Below, piece by piece: positions 20,572 through 30,377 of a stretch of 64,000 bases of DNA; within the stretch, counting starts at the first letter, position 1; each line of letters begins with the position of its first letter. The stretch is taken from positions 1-64,000 of the IMG/VR virus record IMGVR_UViG_3300029904_000006; one strand, given 5' to 3'. Under the pieces are notes generated by a model, which saw only the letters and a list, made by a program, of their open reading frames with translations, ran no database searches and was not told the DNA's origin. A program made the position numbers and the translations under genes. Source of the stretch: a virus.

Positions 20572-22185
20572 TTATTTAGAATAAGTTCCACGACGGTTAT
20601 CTTTAAGAGGATAACCTTTTCTATAAGTATCATATTCTTTCTGATTAATAAGACCAGAAGCAAGAAGTTGTTCAGCAGGTAAATTAGGATACGCCATAAG
20701 CATTGCTCTTATAGTTTTACCTTCATTTCTTCTACGTTGTATTTTACTAATAACATCTTGAATACCAGCATTAATATTATTAATCATGGAAATATTATTT
20801 TCAGCTTTTTGTTGAAGAATAGCATTATCAAAAGCAGCTTTACCTTCAGACCACTTATTATAATCCTTAATATTTTCAGCAGCAACAGCTTGCTGATTAA
20901 GTCTATCTTGATTAATAAGTTGAGTTTCAATATTTTCTTTGTTACCAAACAACTCATTAGTTTGAAGTACATTAGCAAGACGAGCACGTTGTTTTCTTGC
21001 AAGAGCAACTTTTGAACTCGAAGTATTATTATCTATTTCTCTTTCATAAGCTGCAAGACTTTCTCGCATTTTATCAAGTTGAGGATTAATATTAATACGA
21101 GTTTTGAGTTTAGTGGCTCTACGTGTAATAGGTTGAGAAGAATATCTCATTCTATCAAGAATACGATTATTAGCGTTACGACCAGCAATAGAAAAACCAA
21201 GATTAGATATAAGACCAATAGCATCTTCTGTTACATCAGGATTTTTTCTTACATAATCTCTTGCAGAAGTATAAGTACGTTTAAGCCAATTAGGATATGT
21301 ACCTGATTCTTTTTGATAAGCAAAGTTAAGTTCTTCTGGGTCGGTAATATTTCTATTACGTTTAGCAAAAGCTCTTGGTACAGAAGATGTATTATTTTCA
21401 ATATTATTAGATGAAGTAAGATTAGGAATTTGTTCATAAGAAGTAAAAGGATTTACTTCAGGAGTAATAGATTGAACTACTTTTTCTATATTTTCTTTTT
21501 TATTACCACCAGTATTATATTTATCTCGTTTAGCAGTTTTAACTGGTTTAGTAGTTGTAGCTTTACGCACTCCGCCCGTAGAAGGAAATGGATATAACTT
21601 TGTTAGTCCATTAACTGTAACTGAATAAAGTCCACCATTACGAGCTTTCTTTCTAAGGTCAGGATACTTACTATAAACTTTAGCTTTAACATCACTACGA
21701 CCATGAAGACCAGCAAGTCTTAATGCATCTCTTGCATCAACTTTAGTAGGAATAGGATAACTTCTATGTCTACCAGCAAAATCTCCAGATTTAACATTTG
21801 GATAAGGCTTAGACTTTGACCCATAATCTTTATCTCTACTTAATCCACCCATACGTTTCTTTTTAGTACCATCATCATTAAGTTTATTACGTTTTTTATA
21901 ACGTTCTTGAGCATTAAAAACAGCATTTGGATTATCACCTTGCATTACACGTTGAGCAGGAGATTTACCATTAAGAAAAGGCTGAGCACTAAATACTTTA
22001 ATTTCATTTTTACCAACATGCATAACTTCACCGTCTTCAACTTCAAGACCAGTACGAGGATTTTTTCCTATATCAATACCACCGGTTTTATGTTTACGCC
22101 CAGACATATAATAGTAGTTACGTCCAAGAGGAATAGCAGTTCCACCACGTACTACATTAGGTTTGCGAACTTTACGAATAGTCAT
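20572..22185 (-). CDS. 537-aa highly basic protein with repeated x-G-G-x-x-K patches, function unknown (virion-internal candidate)
   Basis: ORF track. The N-terminal half is K/R-rich. It is preceded by a 118-nt intergenic region carrying the 18-nt leader repeat, and it contains one motif copy (FPSTGGVRK). Confidence 0.75.
   Translation of the reverse strand: MTIRKVRKPNVVRGGTAIPLGRNYYYMSGRKHKTGGIDIGKNPRTGLEVEDGEVMHVGKNEIKVFSAQPFLNGKSPAQRVMQGDNPNAVFNAQERYKKRNKLNDDGTKKKRMGGLSRDKDYGSKSKPYPNVKSGDFAGRHRSYPIPTKVDARDALRLAGLHGRSDVKAKVYSKYPDLRKKARNGGLYSVTVNGLTKLYPFPSTGGVRKATTTKPVKTAKRDKYNTGGNKKENIEKVVQSITPEVNPFTSYEQIPNLTSSNNIENNTSSVPRAFAKRNRNITDPEELNFAYQKESGTYPNWLKRTYTSARDYVRKNPDVTEDAIGLISNLGFSIAGRNANNRILDRMRYSSQPITRRATKLKTRININPQLDKMRESLAAYEREIDNNTSSSKVALARKQRARLANVLQTNELFGNKENIETQLINQDRLNQQAVAAENIKDYNKWSEGKAAFDNAILQQKAENNISMINNINAGIQDVISKIQRRRNEGKTIRAMLMAYPNLPAEQLLASGLINQKEYDTYRKGYPLKDNRRGTYSK
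21575..21583 (+). repeat. CCCGTAGAG-family motif copy, long form with one core mismatch (CCCGTAGAA)
   Basis: cgCACTCCGCCCGTAGAAGGaaa. Read as P-S-T-G-G-V-R-K. Confidence 0.85.
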
Positions 22186-22200
22186 ATATAATAGAAAAAT

Positions 22201-22218
22201 ATTAGTTATTATGACTTA
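22201..22218 (-). repeat. 18-nt leader/promoter-region repeat, copy 1 (minus-sense TAAGTCATAATAACTAAT)
   Basis: Plus strand attagttattatgactta, 15 nt upstream of the ATG at 22185. Identical to 43919-43936. Confidence 0.9.
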
Positions 22219-22303
22219 ATATCAGCCTCATACAGACACGATATATAAAATGTGATATAATTATAAGCTGACATAGTTTAGTAGAATATGAAGCTAAAAA
22301 CAG

Positions 22304-22906
22304 TTATTTACGACCGCCAAAACACTTTTTAAATTTACCGCCGCACTTATTTTTAGCCCGACCGCCACAGCGCATATAAATAGTATTATTATCAATAAGA
22401 TTATTAGGATTAGTAATATAATCAGGTTGTTTAATATATTCTTTTGGAATAGCTTTAAACATATTACCTTGTCTTAGAGTAGTATCTGTACTACTTTTAA
22501 TACCAGAATTTATAATAGAAGAACCTACATTTCCTAATGAATTAATAACAGCATTAGTGTCTGATGCTCCCCATTGAGCTTTTTTACGTCCACCACATTT
22601 AAATTTTTTAGCAAGAGAAACTCTATCTTTATAGTTATTATCTTTAGTTTTCATTTTACCACCATTTTTAAAAACAACTTTCTTTTTAAATTCATCTATA
22701 TATTCTTGATTACCATATCCAGCAGAAAGATTTTGAGCCATTTCATAAGTATCATGTTTATTTTGTTGACGTTGTTGTTCTTCTAATTGTTTTTCAGTAG
22801 AATTTTTATTAATAGCTCCAGAAATAGCACTTCCTGCCATACCAAGTACACCGCCAATAATAGCTCCTAAAAATGCTTTATCTCGTTTTTTATCTACTTT
22901 TTTCAT
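22304..22906 (-). CDS. 200-aa protein with N-terminal Gly-zipper TM segment and C-terminal (K/R)-C-G-G-(K/R) repeats, function unknown
   Basis: ORF track. AFLGAIIGGVLGMAGSAISGAI is hydrophobic. The C-terminus holds KCGGRKK, RCGGRAK, KCGGKFK and KCFGGRK. It overlaps the upstream gene by 4 nt. Confidence 0.75.
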   Translation of the reverse strand: MKKVDKKRDKAFLGAIIGGVLGMAGSAISGAINKNSTEKQLEEQQRQQNKHDTYEMAQNLSAGYGNQEYIDEFKKKVVFKNGGKMKTKDNNYKDRVSLAKKFKCGGRKKAQWGASDTNAVINSLGNVGSSIINSGIKSSTDTTLRQGNMFKAIPKEYIKQPDYITNPNNLIDNNTIYMRCGGRAKNKCGGKFKKCFGGRK

Positions 22907-25900
22907 ACAAATTCAGAATTAGTAAGTTTTATATCAATAGACTTATATTCTATTTGTTTATTAGTATTACAAGCAAAATAAATAACAAACCAATTACCAT
23001 ATATTCGACTACTTTTTGTTGCATCAATTTCACCATCAATATATTCTTTTAGTTTATTACGAATAGCATTAAAATGATAATTTCCATATCTCCAATAAGG
23101 TTTTGTATAATCCATTACTTTATTTATAGTATCTTCTGGATTAGTATATGAAATATCAATAATGCCAGTATTACAAAACTCAGAATAAATTTTAATAAAA
23201 TCAGTAGCATAATACATTGTTGTTCCCTCTACGGGCGAATAATCGTTAAACAATACTTTATCTATTTTACTGATATTATAATTAATACATTCAATAGTAT
23301 TTATATTATAATTATTAGGATTAATAATAATAGATATATTAGAATTATTATATTCATCATTATTATATTTAAGAATATTATTTATTTCATTATCTATTAT
23401 TTTATCAACAATATAAGTAATTTCTTTAGTAGACCAACCTCTATAAAAAGTATAAGAATGACGAGAAATAAAAGTATCAGTATTATAATTATAACTTAAT
23501 ACTATATCTTCGTCATTATTATTAAAGAATCTAAATAGTATTCTATTTCTTAATTTATCATCAACAAGATAAACATCATAATCTTTAAGTTTATATAGTA
23601 AACCTATAATATTAGAATCAATATAAAATATTTTACCATTATCATATCTATATATTCTTTTAGCATCAGCATCATAAAATATATATCCAAATTCTCCGAT
23701 TATACCATTATATTCTTTTTGTATTCCGGCAAATCCTAAAGAACTTGTTACTACTTCTTTATAATTTATATCCCAAATATCAATAGAAGCTAATTGAATA
23801 TCTTGTTCATTACTTTTAATAGCATTAGTATCATTAAATAAAAACATACTATATTGAGTATGTACAATAAAATAATATCCAATAGAAACAAGTTTAACTA
23901 TATTACCTTTATTTTCAGTAATTATTTTATAATTATCTATTTCAAATTTACGCCAACTTATTTCATTACTTTCATCTTGAATAACATTACTTCTTCTAAT
24001 AGTTTTAGTATAATCATTAGTATAATTAACAGTAGCATCGTACCAACTTAATGTTTTGGGATATGAATCATAAACAGTATTATTTTTTTGTTGAAATAAA
24101 TCAATAGTATTTTTAGCTTCAACTATAAGTCCAACAGCAAAAGATTTTTCATATTCGTCAGTAGTATCTAATCCTGTAAGAGGAAAAAATTCAACAGTAG
24201 GTTTATTATTTATTTGAATACTTTCAGCAGGAATTTCGATAGGAAAATCAAATAGATAACTATGACATGGTTCTGCAACATAATCAGAACTTCCAGCAGT
24301 TTGAAAATATTTAATAGCATCATTAAAATAAGTATCTTCTTCATAAATTAGTGCCTGCTGAGTACTAATAAAACAATTATTTATATTTAAAATATTATCA
24401 GTATTTATAGAATAACTAACAGGAGTACAAGGAATAAGAGTTTTATTATATTTATTATAATAATCATTAGAGTTCTTTTTATATAGCATAACTATATATG
24501 GTTTACCTCTTTGTAGAGTACCAATTCCTTGACAAGTAACAGATAGATTAGTACTACCTCCAATATTATTATAACTATCTGCTACAAATAAATCTTTATT
24601 AGCTACTGTATAATCTGTACTACTTAAACTATTAAGACTACAAATACTTTGTGCATCTCTTCGTTCATCATCAACATTAATATCATCATATAGTCTTAAA
24701 GTATCAAAATCAAAATCTATATAATCGTCATAATTAAATCTGTCATTATAAACTTTGATTCCATAAATAGAACTTGCATAACCTCCAATAACAATACCAA
24801 AATATTTTACTCTTGTTTCTACTTTTTCATAACTTGCATACCATCCAATATATTCATATGGAATAGAATCTATATTAATATATCCTTTAATAACATTTTT
24901 AGTAAAATCAAAAGATGGATTAAACATTATAAGTTTATTTCCAATATTATTAACTAAAATTTTAATATCTTCTTTTTTAATATAAACATTAAAATTACTA
25001 ATATTTATACCTAAAGTAGAATTACCATATTTATCAACAAAATGAATAAATATATTATAATAAGTAAAAGGAAATATACTACAAGTATTAAGTTCATAAT
25101 TAGAACCTTCAAAGAAAGATGTTGGAATAATATTATAATCTATACTTAAATTTATATTATTACAAGCAATAGCAATTTCTTTTTCATTATTATTTTCTTT
25201 ATAATTACCAATATATAATCTATTTTTATTTATACACATAGATTTTACATTATAGTAATTATAATAAGTAGAAATCAAATCAGCAACAGAATATTCTTCT
25301 AAATTATTAATATTAAAAGTAGTATTTTTAGTATTAATATCTAAATCAGAAGTTTTATAACATCTCGTAGAAGATTTAGTAACATTTATAAATCCTAATT
25401 GATATTTATTATATAGGTCAGTATTATTATTTATTTCTACATTAAAGCTAACTTTGCTAACATCTAATTCGTTACTGAAAGTATAATATATTTCTGTATT
25501 TATATTTGGAACTCTATCTCCAGAAACTCCTGTATTGCCAGTAAGTTCTCCGCTAATCCAATAATCAAAAAACGAAGTAGATTTATAATCATCAACAAAT
25601 ACATTAGCATTTAAATCAAACCATTGAGTATATGTGGAATCACTTATTTTATATCTTATAAATATATAATACCATCCTTTATAAGCATTACCATTTACAT
25701 ATTTGATAGCAGCAATAGGAATTTTTACTTCAGGACAAATACTATGAAGTTCTTTTTTATTTAATTGATTAATATCATCGGTAGAAATATTTTCTTCAAA
25801 CTTACCAAAATTTATAACTTTAATAGGAATTTTTTTACTATCATCTTCAAAATATTCACTAATTGCAATTATTAAATCATTATGATTATAAGTAAATTCT

Positions 25901-26238
25901 CCAATAAGATTTCCACCACTATATTCAATTTCAGTAACATATTTTATTGAATCGTATATTTCAGAATATCTATAAAGATATAATGAATTATTAGAATTAT
26001 TATAAGAACAAAATATAATTATTTCCTTATTACACGGAATACAATAAACAATATTATACTTAATATTATCATCTATAATATCATTTAATTTATCAGAAAT
26101 ATCTGTTATATTTAATATAGGTTCTGATTGAATAACAGAATTATCAGCACTAACAATTAAGTTAGTGCCATCAATAAGACTACCTGTTTGAGTTTCTTTA
26201 GGATGCTTATTAAGATTAAGATTAGGAATAATTTTCAT
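22903..26238 (-). CDS. 1111-aa N/Y/I-rich structural protein (tail component candidate)
   Basis: ORF track. This is the most AT-rich stretch of the window, with no recognisable motif. The assignment is positional only. Confidence 0.7.
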   Translation of the reverse strand: MKIIPNLNLNKHPKETQTGSLIDGTNLIVSADNSVIQSEPILNITDISDKLNDIIDDNIKYNIVYCIPCNKEIIIFCSYNNSNNSLYLYRYSEIYDSIKYVTEIEYSGGNLIGEFTYNHNDLIIAISEYFEDDSKKIPIKVINFGKFEENISTDDINQLNKKELHSICPEVKIPIAAIKYVNGNAYKGWYYIFIRYKISDSTYTQWFDLNANVFVDDYKSTSFFDYWISGELTGNTGVSGDRVPNINTEIYYTFSNELDVSKVSFNVEINNNTDLYNKYQLGFINVTKSSTRCYKTSDLDINTKNTTFNINNLEEYSVADLISTYYNYYNVKSMCINKNRLYIGNYKENNNEKEIAIACNNINLSIDYNIIPTSFFEGSNYELNTCSIFPFTYYNIFIHFVDKYGNSTLGINISNFNVYIKKEDIKILVNNIGNKLIMFNPSFDFTKNVIKGYINIDSIPYEYIGWYASYEKVETRVKYFGIVIGGYASSIYGIKVYNDRFNYDDYIDFDFDTLRLYDDINVDDERRDAQSICSLNSLSSTDYTVANKDLFVADSYNNIGGSTNLSVTCQGIGTLQRGKPYIVMLYKKNSNDYYNKYNKTLIPCTPVSYSINTDNILNINNCFISTQQALIYEEDTYFNDAIKYFQTAGSSDYVAEPCHSYLFDFPIEIPAESIQINNKPTVEFFPLTGLDTTDEYEKSFAVGLIVEAKNTIDLFQQKNNTVYDSYPKTLSWYDATVNYTNDYTKTIRRSNVIQDESNEISWRKFEIDNYKIITENKGNIVKLVSIGYYFIVHTQYSMFLFNDTNAIKSNEQDIQLASIDIWDINYKEVVTSSLGFAGIQKEYNGIIGEFGYIFYDADAKRIYRYDNGKIFYIDSNIIGLLYKLKDYDVYLVDDKLRNRILFRFFNNNDEDIVLSYNYNTDTFISRHSYTFYRGWSTKEITYIVDKIIDNEINNILKYNNDEYNNSNISIIINPNNYNINTIECINYNISKIDKVLFNDYSPVEGTTMYYATDFIKIYSEFCNTGIIDISYTNPEDTINKVMDYTKPYWRYGNYHFNAIRNKLKEYIDGEIDATKSSRIYGNWFVIYFACNTNKQIEYKSIDIKLTNSEFV
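23227..23235 (-). repeat. CCCGTAGAG-family motif copy (minus)
   Basis: Plus strand ttccCTCTACGGGcgaat. Read as S-P-V-E-G. Confidence 0.9.
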
Positions 26239-26241
26239 AAC

Positions 26242-27093
26242 TTAACGTCTTGTATCAAAAGTATTAATATAGAAATTACTTCTAAGAATCTTAGTAATAT
26301 CTTCATCGCTATCAAACTTGTTAGCAATAACACTACGACGAGCTTCTTCTTTCATTTGAGTCCAAATATAATAAGGATTAGTTCCATATTGAGAAGCATT
26401 AAGATTAAACACAGGATGTTTATAACCTCGACATAGCATTTTATACATACAGAAATAAACAAGAGCTTCAATTAATAAACCATTATTAGGAATAACTGGA
26501 AGTTCATATCCAAGACTTGTATGCTCAGTTTTTATAGCATCATATTCAATAGTAATACAATCAGTATCAAAATTTAATTCAATTTTATTACAATCGACAA
26601 GAACATAATTACGTTCTTCAGTATTACGTTCTCCAAGATAAAATTCATTAACACGATAACGACCAGGCCACTCTTTATCAGCATTAAGAGTTTCTGCAAC
26701 AAGATAATTAGGAGTATCTGCAATAGGATTATTCGATTCATACAGACCAGCAGATTTAGAAAATTCTGTCGTTTCAGACTTTTGCACTCCGCCCGTAGAG
26801 GGACAATTACATTTAAAAGTTGTTTCTCTAGCTTCTTTTATCTCGCAACCATTAGAATCATATACCTTAATATTATTATTGCTAATAGGACAAGGAGAAT
26901 TAGCAATTCTATCTATAATAGCAAGTTTTATTTTCTTACGTTCAAGACAAAGACAATCCAACATAGACATAGCATCTATACACCAAGCACCAACACGAGG
27001 TATCCAATCGCTATTATCAGGATTAAAATCATTGTCAATCTTAGCTATTATGCGCTCCACGTTGGTATTTACATTGTTCAGCATTGCGGACAT
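26242..27093 (-). CDS. 283-aa structural-module protein, function unknown
   Basis: ORF track. The start at 27093 (or the Met at 27084) overlaps the upstream gene by about 44-53 nt. It contains one motif copy (CPSTGGVQK). Confidence 0.75.
   Translation of the reverse strand: MSAMLNNVNTNVERIIAKIDNDFNPDNSDWIPRVGAWCIDAMSMLDCLCLERKKIKLAIIDRIANSPCPISNNNIKVYDSNGCEIKEARETTFKCNCPSTGGVQKSETTEFSKSAGLYESNNPIADTPNYLVAETLNADKEWPGRYRVNEFYLGERNTEERNYVLVDCNKIELNFDTDCITIEYDAIKTEHTSLGYELPVIPNNGLLIEALVYFCMYKMLCRGYKHPVFNLNASQYGTNPYYIWTQMKEEARRSVIANKFDSDEDITKILRSNFYINTFDTRR
26792..26800 (+). repeat. CCCGTAGAG-family motif copy, long form (plus)
   Basis: ttGCACTCCGCCCGTAGAGGGaca. Read as P-S-T-G-G-V-Q-K. Confidence 0.95.
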
Positions 27094-27988
27094 AATTTAA
27101 ATACTTTGTTGGGTCTTTATATAATAGGATATTAAGTTTATATTTAATATCCACTTGAAGATTATAAATATCTTCTTCAGTATGACAAAGTTCATCAGCC
27201 ATTTGCATATAGGACATTCCTCTATATTTCTTAGCAACATATTCAGTGCGTTGATAATCATAACTACCAGTCTTAACTATTTGAGGTTTCAGAAAAGTAA
27301 ATTCATACCAATCTGTATTCTCACGCCAAACACGATAATCGACACCGTTATAGGGAATTTTACGAGCATCGTACCAAGCAGCTTCTTTTTCATCATAAAG
27401 TTTAACACCTTGAGCAAGAAGTTCTTTCTTACGAGCATTAGTAGCTGAATAATCAAGATGAACTTTACGTTTCATTTTAGTAGCATCAAGTTTCCAATGA
27501 TTACATACATAAGTACCAATGCCATAAGAAAACTTATATCCCATACCTTGCAATACACATTTATGTACTTTAATATAATAAGCAGTAACATATTTACGAT
27601 ATTCACCAAATTTAAGTTTCTTACGTTTCTCAGTAAGAACAATCATTCGACGACATCTATGTTCTACACGAAGTATGTTACAATATTTAATAACTTGAAG
27701 TACAATAATTCTATTAGGATGTTCTTCTATATGTTGTAGAAGTTTAATAAGAGTATTATAAAGATGTTCTTTAGGATTATATTCTTTTTTAATCCACTCT
27801 ATTTCATAAGCATTAAGATTGATATTAAAATCAGATTTAAGAACATCTTTATGGTCATCAATATATTCATAACATTTATCTTTAGCTGTAATAGTTAAAT
27901 CAAGTTTATTTTTGTACTTGTCTGCATCAGTTTTGGCATTATGAATAAATTGAAGATAGAAATCTTTAATAGCAATATCTGGTAGCAT
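27041..27988 (-). CDS. 315-aa protein, function unknown
   Basis: ORF track; compact same-strand arrangement. Confidence 0.8.
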   Translation of the reverse strand: MLPDIAIKDFYLQFIHNAKTDADKYKNKLDLTITAKDKCYEYIDDHKDVLKSDFNINLNAYEIEWIKKEYNPKEHLYNTLIKLLQHIEEHPNRIIVLQVIKYCNILRVEHRCRRMIVLTEKRKKLKFGEYRKYVTAYYIKVHKCVLQGMGYKFSYGIGTYVCNHWKLDATKMKRKVHLDYSATNARKKELLAQGVKLYDEKEAAWYDARKIPYNGVDYRVWRENTDWYEFTFLKPQIVKTGSYDYQRTEYVAKKYRGMSYMQMADELCHTEEDIYNLQVDIKYKLNILLYKDPTKYLNYVRNAEQCKYQRGAHNS

Positions 27989-27997
27989 AGTAATATT

Positions 27998-28681
27998 TTA
28001 TCTTATAATATTAGCAGAAGGAACTTCATTAGTATCTCTGATAACATTAGGATTCCAAGTTTCAAGAATAAGTTTCTTAACAGTACTAATCATATCTTCA
28101 GGAAGTAGAAATTCATCATTATCATCTATGCTATCTATATCTAATTTTCCATCAATAGTTTCAGTTTGAATAATGTGAGGATATTCAAATACAGATTCAA
28201 CAATGATAGCACCAAGATTTTGAAGTTTATTATCTTCAGGAATATTAACATAAATATATTCGTTAATATAATCATAAGTAATTACAGGACACATTCCCGG
28301 AAGTTTAGCATAATAACGAGAAGATGCTTCTTTAACAAAAGCAATTTCCATAGTATTTCTTACTCCAGCAGTACGAACTGAATGAAAAGAAAGATTATTA
28401 AGCAGACGTGTAGGACGAGGAACTTTATTAGTAGTTCTTTTAATTCGTTCTTTAATAACATCTTGAGAATCAGCTAAATCTCCATCTGGAACATCAGTAA
28501 GAGTAAGTTTAAATCTCTGTTGTAGAACTTTATCGGTGTAATTATGATTGCCATAAGTACGACGTATAGCTTCATTACGAGCATGAATTATACCAAGTTT
28601 AATAGCTCTACGAACAGGAATACTGTCAGGTTGCTTCATAGAATGAGCAATTTCAGAAACAAGTTGATTAATCGAACTCAT
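27998..28681 (-). CDS. 227-aa protein, function unknown
   Basis: ORF track. It is the first gene downstream of a terminator plus a host-type -7 box. Confidence 0.8.
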   Translation of the reverse strand: MSSINQLVSEIAHSMKQPDSIPVRRAIKLGIIHARNEAIRRTYGNHNYTDKVLQQRFKLTLTDVPDGDLADSQDVIKERIKRTTNKVPRPTRLLNNLSFHSVRTAGVRNTMEIAFVKEASSRYYAKLPGMCPVITYDYINEYIYVNIPEDNKLQNLGAIIVESVFEYPHIIQTETIDGKLDIDSIDDNDEFLLPEDMISTVKKLILETWNPNVIRDTNEVPSANIIR

Positions 28682-28728
28682 ATCAGCAATAAGTTTAATA
28701 ATAAATATATAAATACAATTATTTTCTA

Positions 28729-28736
28729 CAAATATA
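28729..28736 (-). promoter_or_regulatory. Bacteroidota-type -7 promoter box (TAnnTTTG)
   Basis: Minus-sense TATATTTG, about 48 nt upstream of the ATG at 28681 and just after a strong terminator. The -33 element is not clear. Confidence 0.4.
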
Positions 28737-28780
28737 ATAGTTTTATCTAAAAGACCAACGGCTAACCTATAATTTTGTTC

Positions 28781-28824
28781 AAAAAAAATTGCAGCAGCAT
28801 TATCATTAAGATATGCTACTGCAA
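28781..28824 (-). terminator. intrinsic terminator after the 140-aa gene
   Basis: 12-bp stem (28789-28800 pairs with 28813-28824, with one G.U) and a 12-nt loop, followed on the minus strand by U8 (plus-strand a8 at 28781-28788). Confidence 0.75.
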
Positions 28825-28843
28825 TAATAATAAGATAAACATA

Positions 28844-29266
28844 TTAAACTATTTCATACCAATCAATCGGAATACCATTACCAATCATAGTTTGCATCCA
28901 TCTACGAAAAGTAGTACCAGCATCAGCATCAATATCATCTACTGTATCTTTTATATAAAGAGCAAGATGATATTCATCTTCAATAGAACTTCCAAGATAA
29001 TCAGCTTTACACATAGTAGCAGCAAAAACATAATCATACATTATCTTATTTTTAAGTTCTATATTATGTTTAGCAAGAAGTTCATCAATATAATCTTTAG
29101 TATAAGGTTCTACGGTTTCTTCACGATTAGTTTTAGGATTACGCTTTTTCATAAAACTAACAGCATAATTATAAGCTCTCTTATTAAAATGAAAACCGTA
29201 ATTACTAATATACCTTTTCATTCCAACAGGCATATCATCATATATATCTAATGGTGTATGTTTCAT
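28844..29266 (-). CDS. 140-aa protein, function unknown
   Basis: ORF track; bracketed by two terminator-like hairpins. Confidence 0.8.
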   Translation of the reverse strand: MKHTPLDIYDDMPVGMKRYISNYGFHFNKRAYNYAVSFMKKRNPKTNREETVEPYTKDYIDELLAKHNIELKNKIMYDYVFAATMCKADYLGSSIEDEYHLALYIKDTVDDIDADAGTTFRRWMQTMIGNGIPIDWYEIV

Positions 29267-29270
29267 AAAT

Positions 29271-29304
29271 ATAAAAATAAAAATAGGAGCATTTCTGCTC
29301 CTAT
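29271..29304 (-). terminator. intrinsic terminator after the 77-aa RGG gene
   Basis: 9-bp stem ataggagca/tgctcctat (29283-29304) with a 4-nt loop, then minus-sense TTTTATTTTTAT. It lies 10 nt after the stop at 29315. Confidence 0.7.
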
Positions 29305-29314
29305 CAATTACTTA

Positions 29315-29548
29315 TTAATAACGACCATAACGACCTCCACGAGCATAACGGTTTCTACCGCCTTGACGATACATATTTCTACCTCCGGCTGCGTACTCAT
29401 CTCTCTCTTCTTCATCGTCATAATCATAATCAGAACCACCTTTCATATCTTCAAGACATTCAGCGACTTTACTAAGACACTTAATACTCTTTCCAATATG
29501 TTCCATCATATTATCAATCTTATCTTCACTAATTTCTATCATATACAT
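29315..29548 (-). CDS. 77-aa protein with acidic centre and C-terminal RGG/RNxY repeats (nucleic-acid-binding candidate)
   Basis: ORF track. Contains DYDYDDEEERDEY followed by GGRNMYRQGGRNRYARGGRYGRY. Confidence 0.7.
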   Translation of the reverse strand: MYMIEISEDKIDNMMEHIGKSIKCLSKVAECLEDMKGGSDYDYDDEEERDEYAAGGRNMYRQGGRNRYARGGRYGRY

Positions 29549-29549
29549 A

Positions 29550-30041
29550 TTATTGTCCTCCTTGTTTTACGTTCATCATTTGAGACAGCATAGCTTTAAT
29601 ATCGTTAATACCATGTTCCATATTACCAACTCTATTTTCAAGATTATTGAGTTTATTCTCTTGTTCTTTTTCCTTAGCATATTTAGGATTAAGTTTAGCA
29701 AAAATCTCATCTTGACTTTCGATAACAGCTTTATGATAATCTATACTTTCAAGAGCTTGCTTACTTGTTTTAACGGTTCCTTCAAATTCTTTTGTCATAT
29801 CTTCTGCATTATCAGAAATAACAATTCCAGCAGAAGGACTAAGAATAGATATATTAGTAGGAATCTTTTTGAACTCATAAACTTCTCCATTAACATCTAC
29901 CTTGATGTCCATTTCTTGATTAGCAAGACCATAAAACTGTGGATTAACTTTGGCTTCAGTAACTTTACCTATTTTAAGAACAGGTTTATTATTCTTATCT
30001 AAGATATAGAATAAGCTATTTTGTCCTAATGTACTAAACAT
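29550..30041 (-). CDS. 163-aa protein, function unknown
   Basis: ORF track; 1-3 nt spacing to its neighbours. Confidence 0.8.
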   Translation of the reverse strand: MFSTLGQNSLFYILDKNNKPVLKIGKVTEAKVNPQFYGLANQEMDIKVDVNGEVYEFKKIPTNISILSPSAGIVISDNAEDMTKEFEGTVKTSKQALESIDYHKAVIESQDEIFAKLNPKYAKEKEQENKLNNLENRVGNMEHGINDIKAMLSQMMNVKQGGQ

Positions 30042-30044
30042 AGA

Positions 30045-30374
30045 TTAAATACCAGTTAAAAGTTGTAACGTATTACCGTCATAAAAAGCAAGATAAATAC
30101 CAGATTGGTTAAGTTCAGCAGAAGTAACCGCAGCACCACTAAGAGTAGTGACAGCTTGCTGTTCACCATCCGTATCAAATATAATAGGAACGGAAGTAGA
30201 AGGAGCAGTGTAAGCAGGAAGTTTAAATATAATTAAACCTGCAAAGTTTCTATTATAAAAAGCATTGCGTTGAAAACTATATATAACAGCAGTAGTACTA
30301 ACACTTACTCCAGTAGCTTCAATTCTTGGAATACCATTCCTATTAGCCATAAAGAAAGGATTAAACAAACTCAT
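30045..30374 (-). CDS. 109-aa protein, function unknown
   Basis: ORF track; GC-richer codon usage than the flanking genes. Confidence 0.8.
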   Translation of the reverse strand: MSLFNPFFMANRNGIPRIEATGVSVSTTAVIYSFQRNAFYNRNFAGLIIFKLPAYTAPSTSVPIIFDTDGEQQAVTTLSGAAVTSAELNQSGIYLAFYDGNTLQLLTGI

Positions 30375-30377
30375 AAT

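Noticed and set aside
26242-27093. The 44-53-nt overlap between the 315-aa and 283-aa genes, and the 77-nt overlap at 56576-56652, as programmed frameshift sites
   Set aside because: No slippery heptamer or downstream structure was noticed. Both downstream ORFs have their own ATG, and one has a clear signal peptide. Ordinary overlapping genes are more likely.
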